A stretch of DNA of 64,000 nucleotides from an archaeon (GTDB lineage: Archaea; Iainarchaeota; Iainarchaeia; Iainarchaeales; 1-14-0-10-31-34): assembly GCA_043819075.1 (NCBI GenBank), contig JBDRFE010000060.1, forward strand, positions 780-64,779. Direction: 5' to 3'. Position 1 is the stretch's first letter. Every line of letters begins with the position of its first letter. Under the pieces are notes generated by a model, which was given only the letters and a program-made list of their open reading frames with translations, was not told where the DNA came from and did not search any database. Shown one piece after another: positions 48,334 to 58,334 of this stretch. Both the position numbers and the translations under genes were made by a program.

Positions 48334-50187
48334 TTACTGCGTGTTTTCTTCTGTTTTTTTCCCCTGCAGTTCAAACATTCTGGTTATTTCTTTTTCTGTT
48401 GTTGCTTCTTCCGGTTTTTTGTCTGAACGCATTGAAATCATTCTCGGAAACCTTAAAGCCAGCCCTTTTCCGTCTTTAAACCCTGCCAAGTGAATCGGGC
48501 TTCTAGTTATTTCGTCTGCCCTGATTTCAATTACATATTTTGGTTCAGTCCAGTAATCTGGTTCAAGAGATGATTCAACTCTTGCAGGCTTTTTTTTTGA
48601 AGAAATTTTTTTAAGGATTTTTTCTAACTCGCTTAAATTTTTTTCTGTCAAGCCTGTCCCGATTTTTGCAATGCTTTTAAAGCAGTCATCTTTTTCAGAG
48701 TAAATTCCTGTTAATAGCGCGCCTAACCCGAATTCAGTTCTTTTTCCTTTTCCTTTATAGTAACCTATTATTACTCCGTCAATTGAGTCATTTAATTCCA
48801 TTTTATAGCTTCTTTTTAATTTAATCCAGGCAAACTTTCTTGCTCCTGCAATGTATTTTGCGTTCAAGTCTTTTGCAATAATCCCTTCTAATCCTTTTGA
48901 AATGCTGTCATCAAAGAATTCATCCAGTTTTTTGCTTGAATCTGTTTCAATGCTTTTGGTTAATTCAATTATTTTTCCTTTGCCAATCATTTCCTTTAAT
49001 TTTTTTCTTCTTTCAGTTAAAGGCTTTTCCATTAAATTTTCTTCTTCTAAAAGCATTATATCAAACACAAAAAGTTTTAACGGGAATTCTTTTGTTTTTT
49101 CGTTTATTCCGTATTTTCTTTTTCTCTGGATTGTCAGCTGGAATGAAAGGAATTCTTCTGTTAATTCATTGAATGCAATTGCTTCGCCTTCAAAAATCGT
49201 TTTCTCTGCTTTAACCTGTTCTTTTATTGCTTTCACTATATCAGGAAACATTTCACTCATGTTCTCTGACTGCCTTGAATAAATCCATACATTGTTTTTG
49301 TTTTTATGGCACTGTAATCTGAAGCCGTCATATTTTGCTTCTACAATGCATTTTCCCAGTTTTTCTATTATTTCTTGAGAAGAATTAAGCCTTTCAGCTA
49401 AAGTCGGCCTGATAGGAATTCCTGCTTCAATTTTAATTTCTTTTAATCCATTTAATCCTTTTTCTTTGAGTATTTCAGCTATTGCCCCTAAATCAGAATA
49501 AATATTATATTTTTCCTCTATTTTCTGCCTTAACCTTAATTTAATTCTTCTTTCAAGTTCTTCTTTCCGGTTTTTTTCTTTTATTTTTTTTTCATTCATT
49601 TCAGCTTCAATTTTTTGCATTAATTTTTTGTCCTGCATTCCTTCTTCCAGAAAGTTTGCTGCAAGCGCATCCATTATTGTGGGGTCTCCTATGCCTAACC
49701 TTAAGTTTTCTAACGGAATTCTTGCAATAAATTTTGCTTCTTTTCCTGTAGCGGAATTAAATAGTTCTGCCATTAATTTTAGTTTTGATTCTTTTGAGCC
49801 GGTTCCCTCTGTTTTTGAAATCTTTATTAAGTTGTCAAAAACTTTTTCTACAGTTAATTCGCTTGAAAACAATGCTGACTGTTTTTTTTGTTCAGCAAAT
49901 TCTTCTGCCACCAACCCTAAATCCCCTTTTTCCCTGAACTTTTTTTCTATTTCTTTTTTTGTAAAGCCAGTTGTTTTTGCAATGGCTTCAATCACCATTT
50001 TTTCTCCTAATCCTGACTCAATTTTTTCGTAATTAGCGCCTAACCTGCCCTGGCATAAGAAAACAATTTTTTTGATGTCTTTTTTGCCTGCTTTCTCAAA
50101 TAATTCTGCTAAAACTGAAGTCATTTCCAGCCTTGAAGAAATGCCTTCAATTCTGTCAAAATATGAGCTTAATTCCCTGAAATTCAT
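48334..50187 (-). CDS. lig: ATP-dependent DNA ligase
   Basis: KYDGFR adenylation motif; start at MNFRELSSYFD (50187) as in archaeal ligases. Confidence 0.85.
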   Translation of the reverse strand: MNFRELSSYFDRIEGISSRLEMTSVLAELFEKAGKKDIKKIVFLCQGRLGANYEKIESGLGEKMVIEAIAKTTGFTKKEIEKKFREKGDLGLVAEEFAEQKKQSALFSSELTVEKVFDNLIKISKTEGTGSKESKLKLMAELFNSATGKEAKFIARIPLENLRLGIGDPTIMDALAANFLEEGMQDKKLMQKIEAEMNEKKIKEKNRKEELERRIKLRLRQKIEEKYNIYSDLGAIAEILKEKGLNGLKEIKIEAGIPIRPTLAERLNSSQEIIEKLGKCIVEAKYDGFRLQCHKNKNNVWIYSRQSENMSEMFPDIVKAIKEQVKAEKTIFEGEAIAFNELTEEFLSFQLTIQRKRKYGINEKTKEFPLKLFVFDIMLLEEENLMEKPLTERRKKLKEMIGKGKIIELTKSIETDSSKKLDEFFDDSISKGLEGIIAKDLNAKYIAGARKFAWIKLKRSYKMELNDSIDGVIIGYYKGKGKRTEFGLGALLTGIYSEKDDCFKSIAKIGTGLTEKNLSELEKILKKISSKKKPARVESSLEPDYWTEPKYVIEIRADEITRSPIHLAGFKDGKGLALRFPRMISMRSDKKPEEATTEKEITRMFELQGKKTEENTQ

Positions 50188-50258
50188 TATAGAATTAGTC
50201 TTCTGAAATTTAAATGCTTTTAGTTTAAAAACATTATTTAACCATTTTATTATGTTTT

Positions 50259-50459
50259 GGGACCGTGGTGTAGCCTGGTCTAGCATTGCGGCTTTGGGCC
50301 ACAACTGTTTCGTCAGTTGAGTGCGATGCACGACTTTCGCGGTTTAGCCCGCGAGAGACTATGCACTACTTTCAGTAGAGCTAGCTTGCTTCGCTTTATT
50401 CTGATAAAATAATTGATGCAAATAAGCCGTTGACCCCGGTTCAAATCCGGGCGGTCTCA
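50259..50459 (+). tRNA. tRNA-Pro (anticodon TGG) with 126-nt intron after position 37 (50299..50424)
   Basis: Exon 1 GGGACCG..GCGGC-TTTGGG; exon 2 A-GCCGT-TGAC-CCCGG-TTCAAAT-CCGGG-CGGTCTC-A; acceptor and anticodon stems pair across the intron. Confidence 0.7.
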
Positions 50460-50668
50460 TAACATTTTTCTTAAATTAATCTCGCATTTGCTTTCTTCTT
50501 CTCTGCCTTCTTTCGTCACTTGTTTTTGTATTCTGTTTTTCTTGTTTCAAGAACTTTTTTTGTTTTAATGCTTTGTTTGCAGTCCTTTCCTTTGATTCTT
50601 TTGAACGCGAAAACATTCCTGAATTCATGTTATACTATTGTTTTATGATATTAATTAGCTTTTGTTTT

Positions 50669-51274
50669 TCACTGTACTTCAACTGATTCTATGAGCCAGT
50701 CGTCTCCGTCCTTGTTTTCAAAGACAACCGGATAAGCTTTTGATTCAAGGCCTGTTACTTCAACTGTTCCCTTGTAATTGCACATGCATGCAAACCTTTC
50801 TTCCGGCGGAGCTGTTGTGGGGCCGAAATCAAATTTTGTGTCATCAACTGCTTCTCCTTCGGCTACAATAACAAACCCGTCCAAGTCAATGTATGTTTCA
50901 AATGAAAGCGTTGATGCCTCGCAGAACATTAAGCCATAATATTCTATTTTAAGAGAGTTTTTGCCTGGCACAACATTAATGGATTTCATTTGCTCTTCTG
51001 TCGGGTTTCTTTCATCCGGAATGAATTCATTGTTTTTTATTTCACCTAAACAGCCTGTTGACTTAAAAGAATAATTTAATTCAGTGATTGTTTCTGATGG
51101 CTGGCCGACATACCATGCAGGATCTGGCTCGAATTCGTTTACATCATTAAAAAGTGTTTCCTCATAGTCTGCAGGAAGCTCTGGCTTTTCTAAAGGAAAC
51201 TGTGAAATCAGTACAACCCCGATAAAAATAATCGCAAAAGCAATCGCAGCGTAATGTTTTTTGTTTAACTGCAT
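50669..51274 (-). CDS. secreted hypothetical protein
   Basis: Signal peptide; no family assigned. Confidence 0.35.
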   Translation of the reverse strand: MQLNKKHYAAIAFAIIFIGVVLISQFPLEKPELPADYEETLFNDVNEFEPDPAWYVGQPSETITELNYSFKSTGCLGEIKNNEFIPDERNPTEEQMKSINVVPGKNSLKIEYYGLMFCEASTLSFETYIDLDGFVIVAEGEAVDDTKFDFGPTTAPPEERFACMCNYKGTVEVTGLESKAYPVVFENKDGDDWLIESVEVQ

Positions 51275-51370
51275 AATACAATAACGCTTAACCTTTATTT
51301 AAAACTTTATTTTTTCATTTAAATCAGGATTCCTGCAGTAAAGTATAAAAATTCTGGTTCCCTTGTTTTA

Positions 51371-51931
51371 TTGCATATGATAAGCAATTTAATCCAGTCA
51401 ACTGAAAAAATCAGGTCTGCGTTTGAAAGAAATGATTTGGTTAAGTTAAGGCAGTTAAGCAACAGCTTAATAGAGGAAGCTGCCCTGAAATCAGATAAAG
51501 TTCTGGCACAGCTTTCGCTGATTTCTTATTCACTGCAGAAAATCCTGTCAAAACCGCATATAATTGAGGCAGGGAAATGGGGGAAAATAAAATCAACAAT
51601 CATTTTTTCCCTGAATAAGGCTTCCCTTTATTTAAAGAAAAAAAATTTTGATGAATTCAGGAAAGAACTGGATAATCTTTCTGCAAAAGTTTTTGAAGTT
51701 GATTCCTCTATGGGGAATTATATTGCAAACGTTTATGAGAAAGCAAGAGTAAAACAGGCTTCAAGGGCTTATGCTTTGGGGTTAAGCTTGAGGCAGGCAG
51801 TAAGCCTGACTGATGCAAACGAAAAAGACCTTTTAAGTTATATTGGCGGGACAAAAATCCATGACAGGGAAAAAAACATTAAAAGCCTGAAAGAAAGAAA
51901 AAAATTATTGGACGGGATTTTCTTTGAATGA
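51371..51931 (+). CDS. hypothetical protein
   Basis: ORF; 8-nt overlap with the next gene. Confidence 0.3.
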   Translation: MHMISNLIQSTEKIRSAFERNDLVKLRQLSNSLIEEAALKSDKVLAQLSLISYSLQKILSKPHIIEAGKWGKIKSTIIFSLNKASLYLKKKNFDEFRKELDNLSAKVFEVDSSMGNYIANVYEKARVKQASRAYALGLSLRQAVSLTDANEKDLLSYIGGTKIHDREKNIKSLKERKKLLDGIFFE

Positions 51932-52619
51932 ACTTGTTTTTGATTCAAGTTCAATTATTTCGATTTCACAGAACTGTTTAATGAATGTTTTGGAAAACCT
52001 TTCAAAAAAAACAAAAAGCAGATTTTTGATTCCAAAAAGCGTTGAATTTGAGTCAGTTACAAAGCCTTTGTCAATTAACAGGTTTGAATTAAATGCTTTG
52101 AGAATAAAAAAAGCAGTTGATTCAGGCTGGCTTGGCCTTGAAGAAGAAATTGATTCAACGCAGATACTTGAATTGTCTAACAACATTTTTTTTGCAGAAA
52201 ACCACCCGATTAAAATAATCCATCAGGGTGAAGCAGAAACAATTGCATTATACAAAAAAACAAATGCTTTTGCAATGGTAATTGATGAAAGGACTACTAG
52301 AATGCTTTTAGAGGAGCCTGAAAACCTTGCAAAAAAGCTGAGATTTAATTACAGGAAAAAAATTAAAGTGAACAAAAAAAATTTAAGGGATTTTTTTTCT
52401 GTTGCAGGAAAAATAAAGATTGTGAGGTCAGCAGAGTTAATTGCAAAAGCTTTTGAGTTAGGGTGTTTTGAAGGGGAACTTGAGTCATCTTTGAAGGCGC
52501 TTGAAGCAGCATTATATGCATTAAAGTTTAATGGTTGTGCGATTTCACTGGACGAAATAAGGGATTATGTTGGTGTGGTGAATGAAAATAATTCAGGCAG
52601 AAAAAAAGCATTTCAGTGA
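51924..52619 (+). CDS. PIN-like domain protein
   Basis: Acidic triad candidates in PIN-like spacing (FDSSSII; GEAETIAL; VIDERT). Confidence 0.35.
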   Translation: MNELVFDSSSIISISQNCLMNVLENLSKKTKSRFLIPKSVEFESVTKPLSINRFELNALRIKKAVDSGWLGLEEEIDSTQILELSNNIFFAENHPIKIIHQGEAETIALYKKTNAFAMVIDERTTRMLLEEPENLAKKLRFNYRKKIKVNKKNLRDFFSVAGKIKIVRSAELIAKAFELGCFEGELESSLKALEAALYALKFNGCAISLDEIRDYVGVVNENNSGRKKAFQ

Positions 52620-53034
52620 AATAAATTCTTTAATTGAAGATGAATTCCCTTACACAAAGAAAACGATTCCTGAAATAAGCCTGAGGGAAAGGCAGGGAAG
52701 CAGTATTTTTGTTGCAGAAGAAAAAAAAGTTTTTATGGGTTTTATTGAATTCAAGTTAAAAGGCTTTGAGGCAAGCCTTTTGGGTATTGCGGTAAAAAAA
52801 GAGTTCAGGAAAAAAAGCATTGGAAAAAAATTATTTGATTTTTTTATTGAATACTGCAAAAAAAACAGTGTGAAAAAAATTTCCCTGCTTGTAAAAAAAG
52901 AAAACCTTCATGCAAAAACCATTTATAAGTCAAGAGGCTTTGCTGAAGCAGGAGAACTTGAAAAAAAAATAGATGGTTTTGTTATTAACAGAATGCAGTT
53001 AACCTTGGATGAAGGCTCTGCCGGAGTAAATTAA
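52582..53034 (+). CDS. GNAT family N-acetyltransferase
   Basis: Acetyl-CoA-binding motif region (LGIAVKKEFRKKSIGKKL). Confidence 0.7.
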   Translation: MKIIQAEKKHFSEINSLIEDEFPYTKKTIPEISLRERQGSSIFVAEEKKVFMGFIEFKLKGFEASLLGIAVKKEFRKKSIGKKLFDFFIEYCKKNSVKKISLLVKKENLHAKTIYKSRGFAEAGELEKKIDGFVINRMQLTLDEGSAGVN

Positions 53035-54126
53035 CTGTAAATAATTTCAATTACCGGCTCAATTATTTTTTTCGGGTGGCCTTCAAGCTCTAATGCTTCA
53101 ATTATTTCTTCTTTAGTGTATTTTTTCACTGCAACATCCAGTGACGAAACAAGCTTTTTCACTTTGTTTTTTTCTTCTTTTGTCAGGCCGTTAAAAACGC
53201 TTTCATCAACTTGTTTTGCCCCCATTTTTTTTGCTAGGCCTTTGGTGAAAAAACCCGTAATGTTTTTCAGCTGTCCTGCCACGCTCTGGTTTTCTTCTAC
53301 GCTTTTCTCTTTTTGCGGCATTGCTTTAATGTTAACAGGAATTATTTTTTCCAGTTCTTTCATTCTTTCTTCCGGTGCCAGATAAATTTTTTGTTCCGGG
53401 GTTTCTGTTTCAAATGATTCTATTACCTGGAACATGGATTTTTTTTCTTTGGGTTTTTCGCTTTCAGTTGCCTTTGTTTTTTCTTTCAGAGGTTTTTCCA
53501 GGACAAACTCTTTCAGCATTTCGCTTTCAATGTCTTTTTTTTTTTTCAGGCAGCGGAGTTTTTATTATTTTTTCAGCTGACTTTTTTTCAAGGATTATTT
53601 TTTCTGAAACCCCTTTTTCAAAAAGTTTTTTTTCAGGAGCACTGATTTCATTTATTTTTTTGTAGCCTGAAGCATGTTCTTTTAATTCTTCCAGAATCTG
53701 TTTTTTTTGTTCTGTTTCTTTTTCTTCATGGTGCAGGGGCTTTTCCTCTAATTTAATGTTCAGTGAACTGATTTTGTTTTCTTTTTTTTGTTGTTCTGTT
53801 TTGTGCCAGTGCCCTTCCCTGAAAGGAATCTTTTTGTCTTCGATTAGTTCAGGCTGTATTTCTTTTTTTTCCTCTTTTTTATTCCATAAATGCTCTGATT
53901 CTTTTTCTTTTATTATTAAGCCGTCAATGTCTTCTTTTTCAAGGTCTTTTCCTTTTATACTGGAGACTTCTTCCCTGAGCTTGTTCATTAAAATTTTTTG
54001 TTTATTGTTTTTTTCTTCTTTCACAACAGGTTTTTTCTGCTGCTTTATTTTTTCTGCTTCTTCTTTTCTTTCTTTTAAGTCTTTTTTTGATTTGACTAAA
54101 GCATTTATTTCTTCTATTGACGGCAT
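53031..54126 (-). pseudogene. Lys/Glu-rich low-complexity protein gene split by an A12 tract (ORFs 53527..54126 and 53031..53519)
   Basis: The upstream ORF ends PEKKKRH* across T12 (plus 53535-53546); A11 would read through into MLKEFVLEK... Confidence 0.35.
53535..53546. repeat. T12/A12 homopolymer at frameshift site
   Basis: Counted directly. Confidence 0.8.
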
Positions 54127-54173
54127 TCAATCACACTAATAATAAATACTGCCATATATAAAAGTTTGTCAGT

Positions 54174-55637
54174 TTAATACGATTTTGCGATATAAACGAT
54201 TTTTTCTGCTTTTTTTCCGCAGGCAATGCAGTTTCCTTTTGGATTTTCTTTTTCTCCAAGCCTTGTCCCTCTAATGCTTGCATTCAATTCTTTTTCAATT
54301 TTTTCTGCGCAAGAATAGCCTTCCATTGACACTGAACAGAACCCTGTTTTGATTATTTTGCCTTTCTCTAATTCTTTTTTTGCTTTTTCAATTGAGTCAG
54401 CTGAAACAATTGCTTCACTGAACTCTTTTTCAGCTTTTAACTGAAGTTCTTTCAGCTGTTTTTCGCCTTCTTTTAAAATCAAAGAGCTTATTCTTGCAAG
54501 GTTTTCTTTTGTTTTTTTTCCTGAATGCCTTGCAAAAACTGTTGCTTTTTTTTCAGTTAACTCTTTTTCCCCTAATTCAATGCGGAATGGAACTCCTTTC
54601 ATTTCCCAGAAATAAAATTTTTCTCCGATTGTTTTGTCAGTTAAATCAGCTTCAGCCCTTAATTTTTTTTCAGTTAATTCTTTTCTTATTTTTTCTGTTT
54701 CTTTTAATATTTTTTCCTTGTTTTTGTCGTTATAAATCGGCACAATCACTGCTTGCAACGGTGCCGCAGTGAATGGAAGCACTAATCCTTTGTTGTCGCC
54801 GTGAACTGAAATCATTGCGGCAAAAATCCTGCTTACTGCCGGGCCATAGCATGTTGTCCAGCAGTAATTTTCTTTTCCTTTTTCGTCAGTGAATTTTACA
54901 TTAAATGCTTTTGTAAAATTTTGCGATATAACATGAGTTGAAGGCAGCTGCAGTATTTTTCCGTCTGGCATTAAAGTGTCTGCTGCAAAAGTTGATTCTG
55001 CTCCCGGAAACTTGTCCCATTGCGGTCTCTCAAAAAAAATAAACGGAATCCCTAATTTTTCCAGCAGCACTTCTTTTGTTGTCTGCATGTCTTCTTCTGC
55101 CTGCAAAAAAGCGTTTTCTCTTGAATCAAATGCATTATGTGTTTCAATCCAGTAAAATTCCCTGCTTCTGATGAAAGGCTTTGTTGCTTTTGTTTCATGC
55201 CTGAAAACCTGTGCTCTTTGATATGTTTTGAATGGAAGGTCTTTGTATGACCTAATCCATAAAGAAAACATCTGGTAGAAAGCTGTTTCTGATGTCGGCC
55301 TTAAAGCAAGTTTTTCCTCTAATTTTTCTCCTGCACCAGTTTCTGTTACCCAAAACACTTCTGGTGCAAAGCCTTTTACATGCTCTTTTTCCATTAAAAA
55401 ATTTTTTTCCGGGATTACAACAGGATACCAGTATGGTTTGTGGCCTTTTAATTGAAGTGTTTCTTCAAAAAAGTCATACATTTTTTCCATTGCAATAACA
55501 GACCATGGCTGGAAAATCAGAAAGCCTTTTACATTATATCTTAAGTCCCCTAATTCAGCTTTTTTTACTATTTCAGAGTACCATTCAGAGAAATTGTTTT
55601 TTTTGTCAAAGTCAAATGTGACTTTTTCTTTTGCCAT
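54174..55637 (-). CDS. proS: prolyl-tRNA synthetase (archaeal/eukaryal type)
   Basis: Class II ProRS core with C-terminal zinc-binding extension; about 487 aa. Confidence 0.85.
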   Translation of the reverse strand: MAKEKVTFDFDKKNNFSEWYSEIVKKAELGDLRYNVKGFLIFQPWSVIAMEKMYDFFEETLQLKGHKPYWYPVVIPEKNFLMEKEHVKGFAPEVFWVTETGAGEKLEEKLALRPTSETAFYQMFSLWIRSYKDLPFKTYQRAQVFRHETKATKPFIRSREFYWIETHNAFDSRENAFLQAEEDMQTTKEVLLEKLGIPFIFFERPQWDKFPGAESTFAADTLMPDGKILQLPSTHVISQNFTKAFNVKFTDEKGKENYCWTTCYGPAVSRIFAAMISVHGDNKGLVLPFTAAPLQAVIVPIYNDKNKEKILKETEKIRKELTEKKLRAEADLTDKTIGEKFYFWEMKGVPFRIELGEKELTEKKATVFARHSGKKTKENLARISSLILKEGEKQLKELQLKAEKEFSEAIVSADSIEKAKKELEKGKIIKTGFCSVSMEGYSCAEKIEKELNASIRGTRLGEKENPKGNCIACGKKAEKIVYIAKSY

Positions 55638-55673
55638 AGGAAAAAACTTCTTTCAATCTCTTTAAAACCTTTT

Positions 55674-56045
55674 TTACAGCCTTCTCAGTCTTCTGAAAAA
55701 CTTTCTTATCTCATGTTTTCTTATTACAGGCTTGACTGGTTTTCCGCCTATTGTTCCTGTTTTGGTTGTCTTGTCAATTTTTCCGCCGACATAAGTTTCC
55801 TGTATTTCCATTATTCTTGGCTTGCCTTCCATTGAACTGTCCTGTGCATTTATTGTTCTGCTGACAGGGTTTCCTTTTGAATCCCATTCAGTGACTTCAT
55901 GGCGTGTTCCGATATAATTTCCTGTTTTTTTTGTTTTTCTCCTGAACTTATCCTGTTCAGGGCTTTTTCCTACAATATGGTTTGTTTGTCCAAGCGACTG
56001 TTTTGCTTTCTTCATTTCTTCTGGCGTTAATTTTCTTACAGGCAT
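55674..56045 (-). CDS. hypothetical basic protein
   Basis: Start at ATG 56045; the longer track ORF extends into the GC-rich element and is unlikely. Confidence 0.3.
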   Translation of the reverse strand: MPVRKLTPEEMKKAKQSLGQTNHIVGKSPEQDKFRRKTKKTGNYIGTRHEVTEWDSKGNPVSRTINAQDSSMEGKPRIMEIQETYVGGKIDKTTKTGTIGGKPVKPVIRKHEIRKFFRRLRRL

Positions 56046-56140
56046 TTTAATCAATAAAAATACTGAACCAGAATTAATAAGGCTTTCTTTAAACTGCCGT
56101 TCGCCGATTCTGCTCGGTGGCAATGAGGTACAACACAAGG

Positions 56141-56283
56141 TCTTGTTAGCACGGTTTTATGCCGCAACCGTCACGCTCGGTTGGTGTGCGCGCACGGGAT
56201 AAACCCGTGCTAGCGCAACTTTATGTTGCGCACCGTTACACTCGCACGGAAGCGAGTCGGTGCTCGCGGGCGAAACCGCGAAA
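56141..56283. ncRNA. GC-rich twin-hairpin structured element, copy D (abuts the tRNA-Pro(GGG) 3' end)
   Basis: ACGGTT-TTATGCCGC-AACCGT; GCACGGG-ATAAA-CCCGTGC TA GCGCAAC-TTTAT-GTTGCGC; CTCGC-ACGGAA-GCGAG; CGCGG-GCGAAA-CCGCG. Confidence 0.5.
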
Positions 56284-56357
56284 TGGGACCGCCGAGATTT
56301 GAACTCGAGTTACAAGCTCCCCGAGCTTGAGTGATAACCAGACTACACTACGGCCCC
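56284..56357 (-). tRNA. tRNA-Pro (anticodon GGG)
   Basis: Acceptor GGGGCCG/CGGTCCC (one G.U), anticodon stem CAAGC/GCTTG, loop TCGGGGA, T-arm TCGAG-TTCAAAT-CTCGG. Confidence 0.75.
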
Positions 56358-56363
56358 TTAATC

Positions 56364-57479
56364 TTAAATTAATTTAAAGTAGAATTCCTCTAATTTTAAT
56401 GCCCGTTTTTCCCTTGAATTCTCTTCAGCTTTTTTAACTGCATTAACTGAAAGCCTGTTATACAATGTTTTGTCTGAAAAAAGTTTTTTTATTTTTTCTG
56501 CTGCTTCTCTGGCATTAAACGGTTCAAACAAGAAACCATTAACCTCCTCTTTTATTGTTTCTGGTATAGCCATTTTGTTTGCTCCAATGCAGGGCATTCC
56601 TGTCGCCATTGCCTCTGCAATTGTCAATCCTTGTGTTTCCATTGTTGCTGCAGTTATAAAAACATTTGATTCAGCGACTTTTTCAGCTAATTCTTTTCCT
56701 TTTAATGCTCCTGTAAAAAAAACCCTTTTTTCAAGGTTTTTTTCTTTTGCTTTTTCCTTTAATTTTTCTAATGCAGGGCCTGAGCCGATTATTGAAAGCA
56801 AAGCAGTTTCTTCAAGCAGTTCCAGTGTGTCAATCAGCACTTCAATGTTTTTTTCAAATGAAATTCTTCCGAAGTAAACCAGTTTTTTTTGTTTTAAGTC
56901 TTTATTGCATTTCACTGAATTAAATAATTTAAAGTTTATTCCGTTTGGCAAAACTTTCACGTTTTTTATTCCGTTTTCTTCTAATTCTTTTTTTATTTTT
57001 TCTGTTGGCGTGGTAGTTAAATCACATTTGTTGTAAAACAGTTTTGAATAAAACCAGACTCCTTTTTTTGCTATCTGTGATTCTTTTAGGAAGGGAATTG
57101 GCAGGTACATCATGAAGTCAGGCAGGTAAGTGTGGTATGTCCCGATTTTTTTTTTCTTTAATTTTTTTGCTAAATTTAATCCAATCCAGCCCACTGAAAA
57201 AGGCGTGTGGCAGTGAATTATATCTGGATTGAATTCTTTTAGTTTTTTTTCTGCTTCAAGTGAAATAATTGAACTAATCCTGTATTCTTTGTATGTTGGC
57301 AGTGAAATGCTTGGAATCCAGAAAACATCAAATTTTGTTTTTACTTCTTCCCTTGTTTTTGGCGCAAAAACCATTATTTTGTGGCCTTTTTTTTCTAATT
57401 CTTCTGCAAAATTGTCTATGGAAATGACTACTCCGTTTATCTGCGGCCAGTAACTGTCAGAAAAAAAAGCTATTCTCAT
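56364..57479 (-). CDS. GT4-family glycosyltransferase
   Basis: GT-B fold with RIAFFSDSYWPQINGV N-terminus. Confidence 0.75.
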   Translation of the reverse strand: MRIAFFSDSYWPQINGVVISIDNFAEELEKKGHKIMVFAPKTREEVKTKFDVFWIPSISLPTYKEYRISSIISLEAEKKLKEFNPDIIHCHTPFSVGWIGLNLAKKLKKKKIGTYHTYLPDFMMYLPIPFLKESQIAKKGVWFYSKLFYNKCDLTTTPTEKIKKELEENGIKNVKVLPNGINFKLFNSVKCNKDLKQKKLVYFGRISFEKNIEVLIDTLELLEETALLSIIGSGPALEKLKEKAKEKNLEKRVFFTGALKGKELAEKVAESNVFITAATMETQGLTIAEAMATGMPCIGANKMAIPETIKEEVNGFLFEPFNAREAAEKIKKLFSDKTLYNRLSVNAVKKAEENSREKRALKLEEFYFKLI

Positions 57480-57522
57480 GTTATCAGATAAATTGTTCTT
57501 GGTTTAAGTTCTTTAATTCTTT

Positions 57523-58227
57523 CTATCGAATGTTTTCGTATTTTCTGCTTGCCTTGTTGAAGAAATAAAAGTTTACTGCGTTCTTTAAGTGAAAGAAAAT
57601 AAAATAAAAGTAGCCCCATGCCTTTACTCTTCTTGCTGAAACCTCTACAATGCTTTTTTTGTTGTATTTTATTTTGCCAATTTTTTTAAGGTGCCTGAAT
57701 AAATCCAGGTCTTCGCAGGTTACATAGCTTGAATCAAAGCCGTTTATTTTCCTGAAGGATTCTTTTCTTACTGCAATGTTTGAGCCAATCGGGTTATGCA
57801 TTCCGATTGCGGCCATTAAACTCATGAACAACGGCATTACTGTGCTGCTAATTTTTTTCTCTGATGAGCTTACATCAGAAAAAAACACGCTTCCGTACTG
57901 GCCTATTACTTCTGGGTTTTTTTCAAAAAAATTAACGTTTTCCTGCACCCAGTTTTCTGCTACAATTGCATCAGCGTCTGTGAATAAAAAGTATTTTCCT
58001 TCAGCAATTTTTGCTCCTGCGTTTCTTTCAGCTGCAATTCTTCTTATTTTTTCTTTTATTGTTTTTGCTCCAAGGCTTTTTGCTATTTCAACTGTTTTGT
58101 CTTCACTGTTTCCGTCTGCTACAATTACTTCAAAGCTTCCTGAAAACTTTTGTTTTTGGATTGATTTAACGCAGTCGCCAATCCTTTTCTCTTCGTTTAA
58201 AGTGCAGACGATTACTGAGATATCCAT
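57523..58227 (-). CDS. GT2-family glycosyltransferase (dolichyl-phosphate glycosyltransferase-like)
   Basis: ISVIVCTLNEE...DADAIV motifs. Confidence 0.75.
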   Translation of the reverse strand: MDISVIVCTLNEEKRIGDCVKSIQKQKFSGSFEVIVADGNSEDKTVEIAKSLGAKTIKEKIRRIAAERNAGAKIAEGKYFLFTDADAIVAENWVQENVNFFEKNPEVIGQYGSVFFSDVSSSEKKISSTVMPLFMSLMAAIGMHNPIGSNIAVRKESFRKINGFDSSYVTCEDLDLFRHLKKIGKIKYNKKSIVEVSARRVKAWGYFYFIFFHLKNAVNFYFFNKASRKYENIR

Positions 58228-58334
58228 GAATAACCGATAAAAGAAAGCTTTTGAAAAATAAAAGGTTTTTGGAGGGAATACAGTTTCTGGCGGTTAAACC
58301 AACAAATTTTAATTAGTTTAACATAATTTATTAT

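Noticed and set aside
50299-50424. Box C/D sRNA inside the tRNA-Pro intron
   Set aside because: Only partial matches (TGATGC, CTGA) without the correct spacing or terminal stem; noted but not called.
56046-56138. N-terminal extension of ORF 55674..56138 (MCCTSLPPSRIGERQ...)
   Set aside because: It runs into the GC-rich hairpin element; an internal ATG at 56045 gives a compact ORF.
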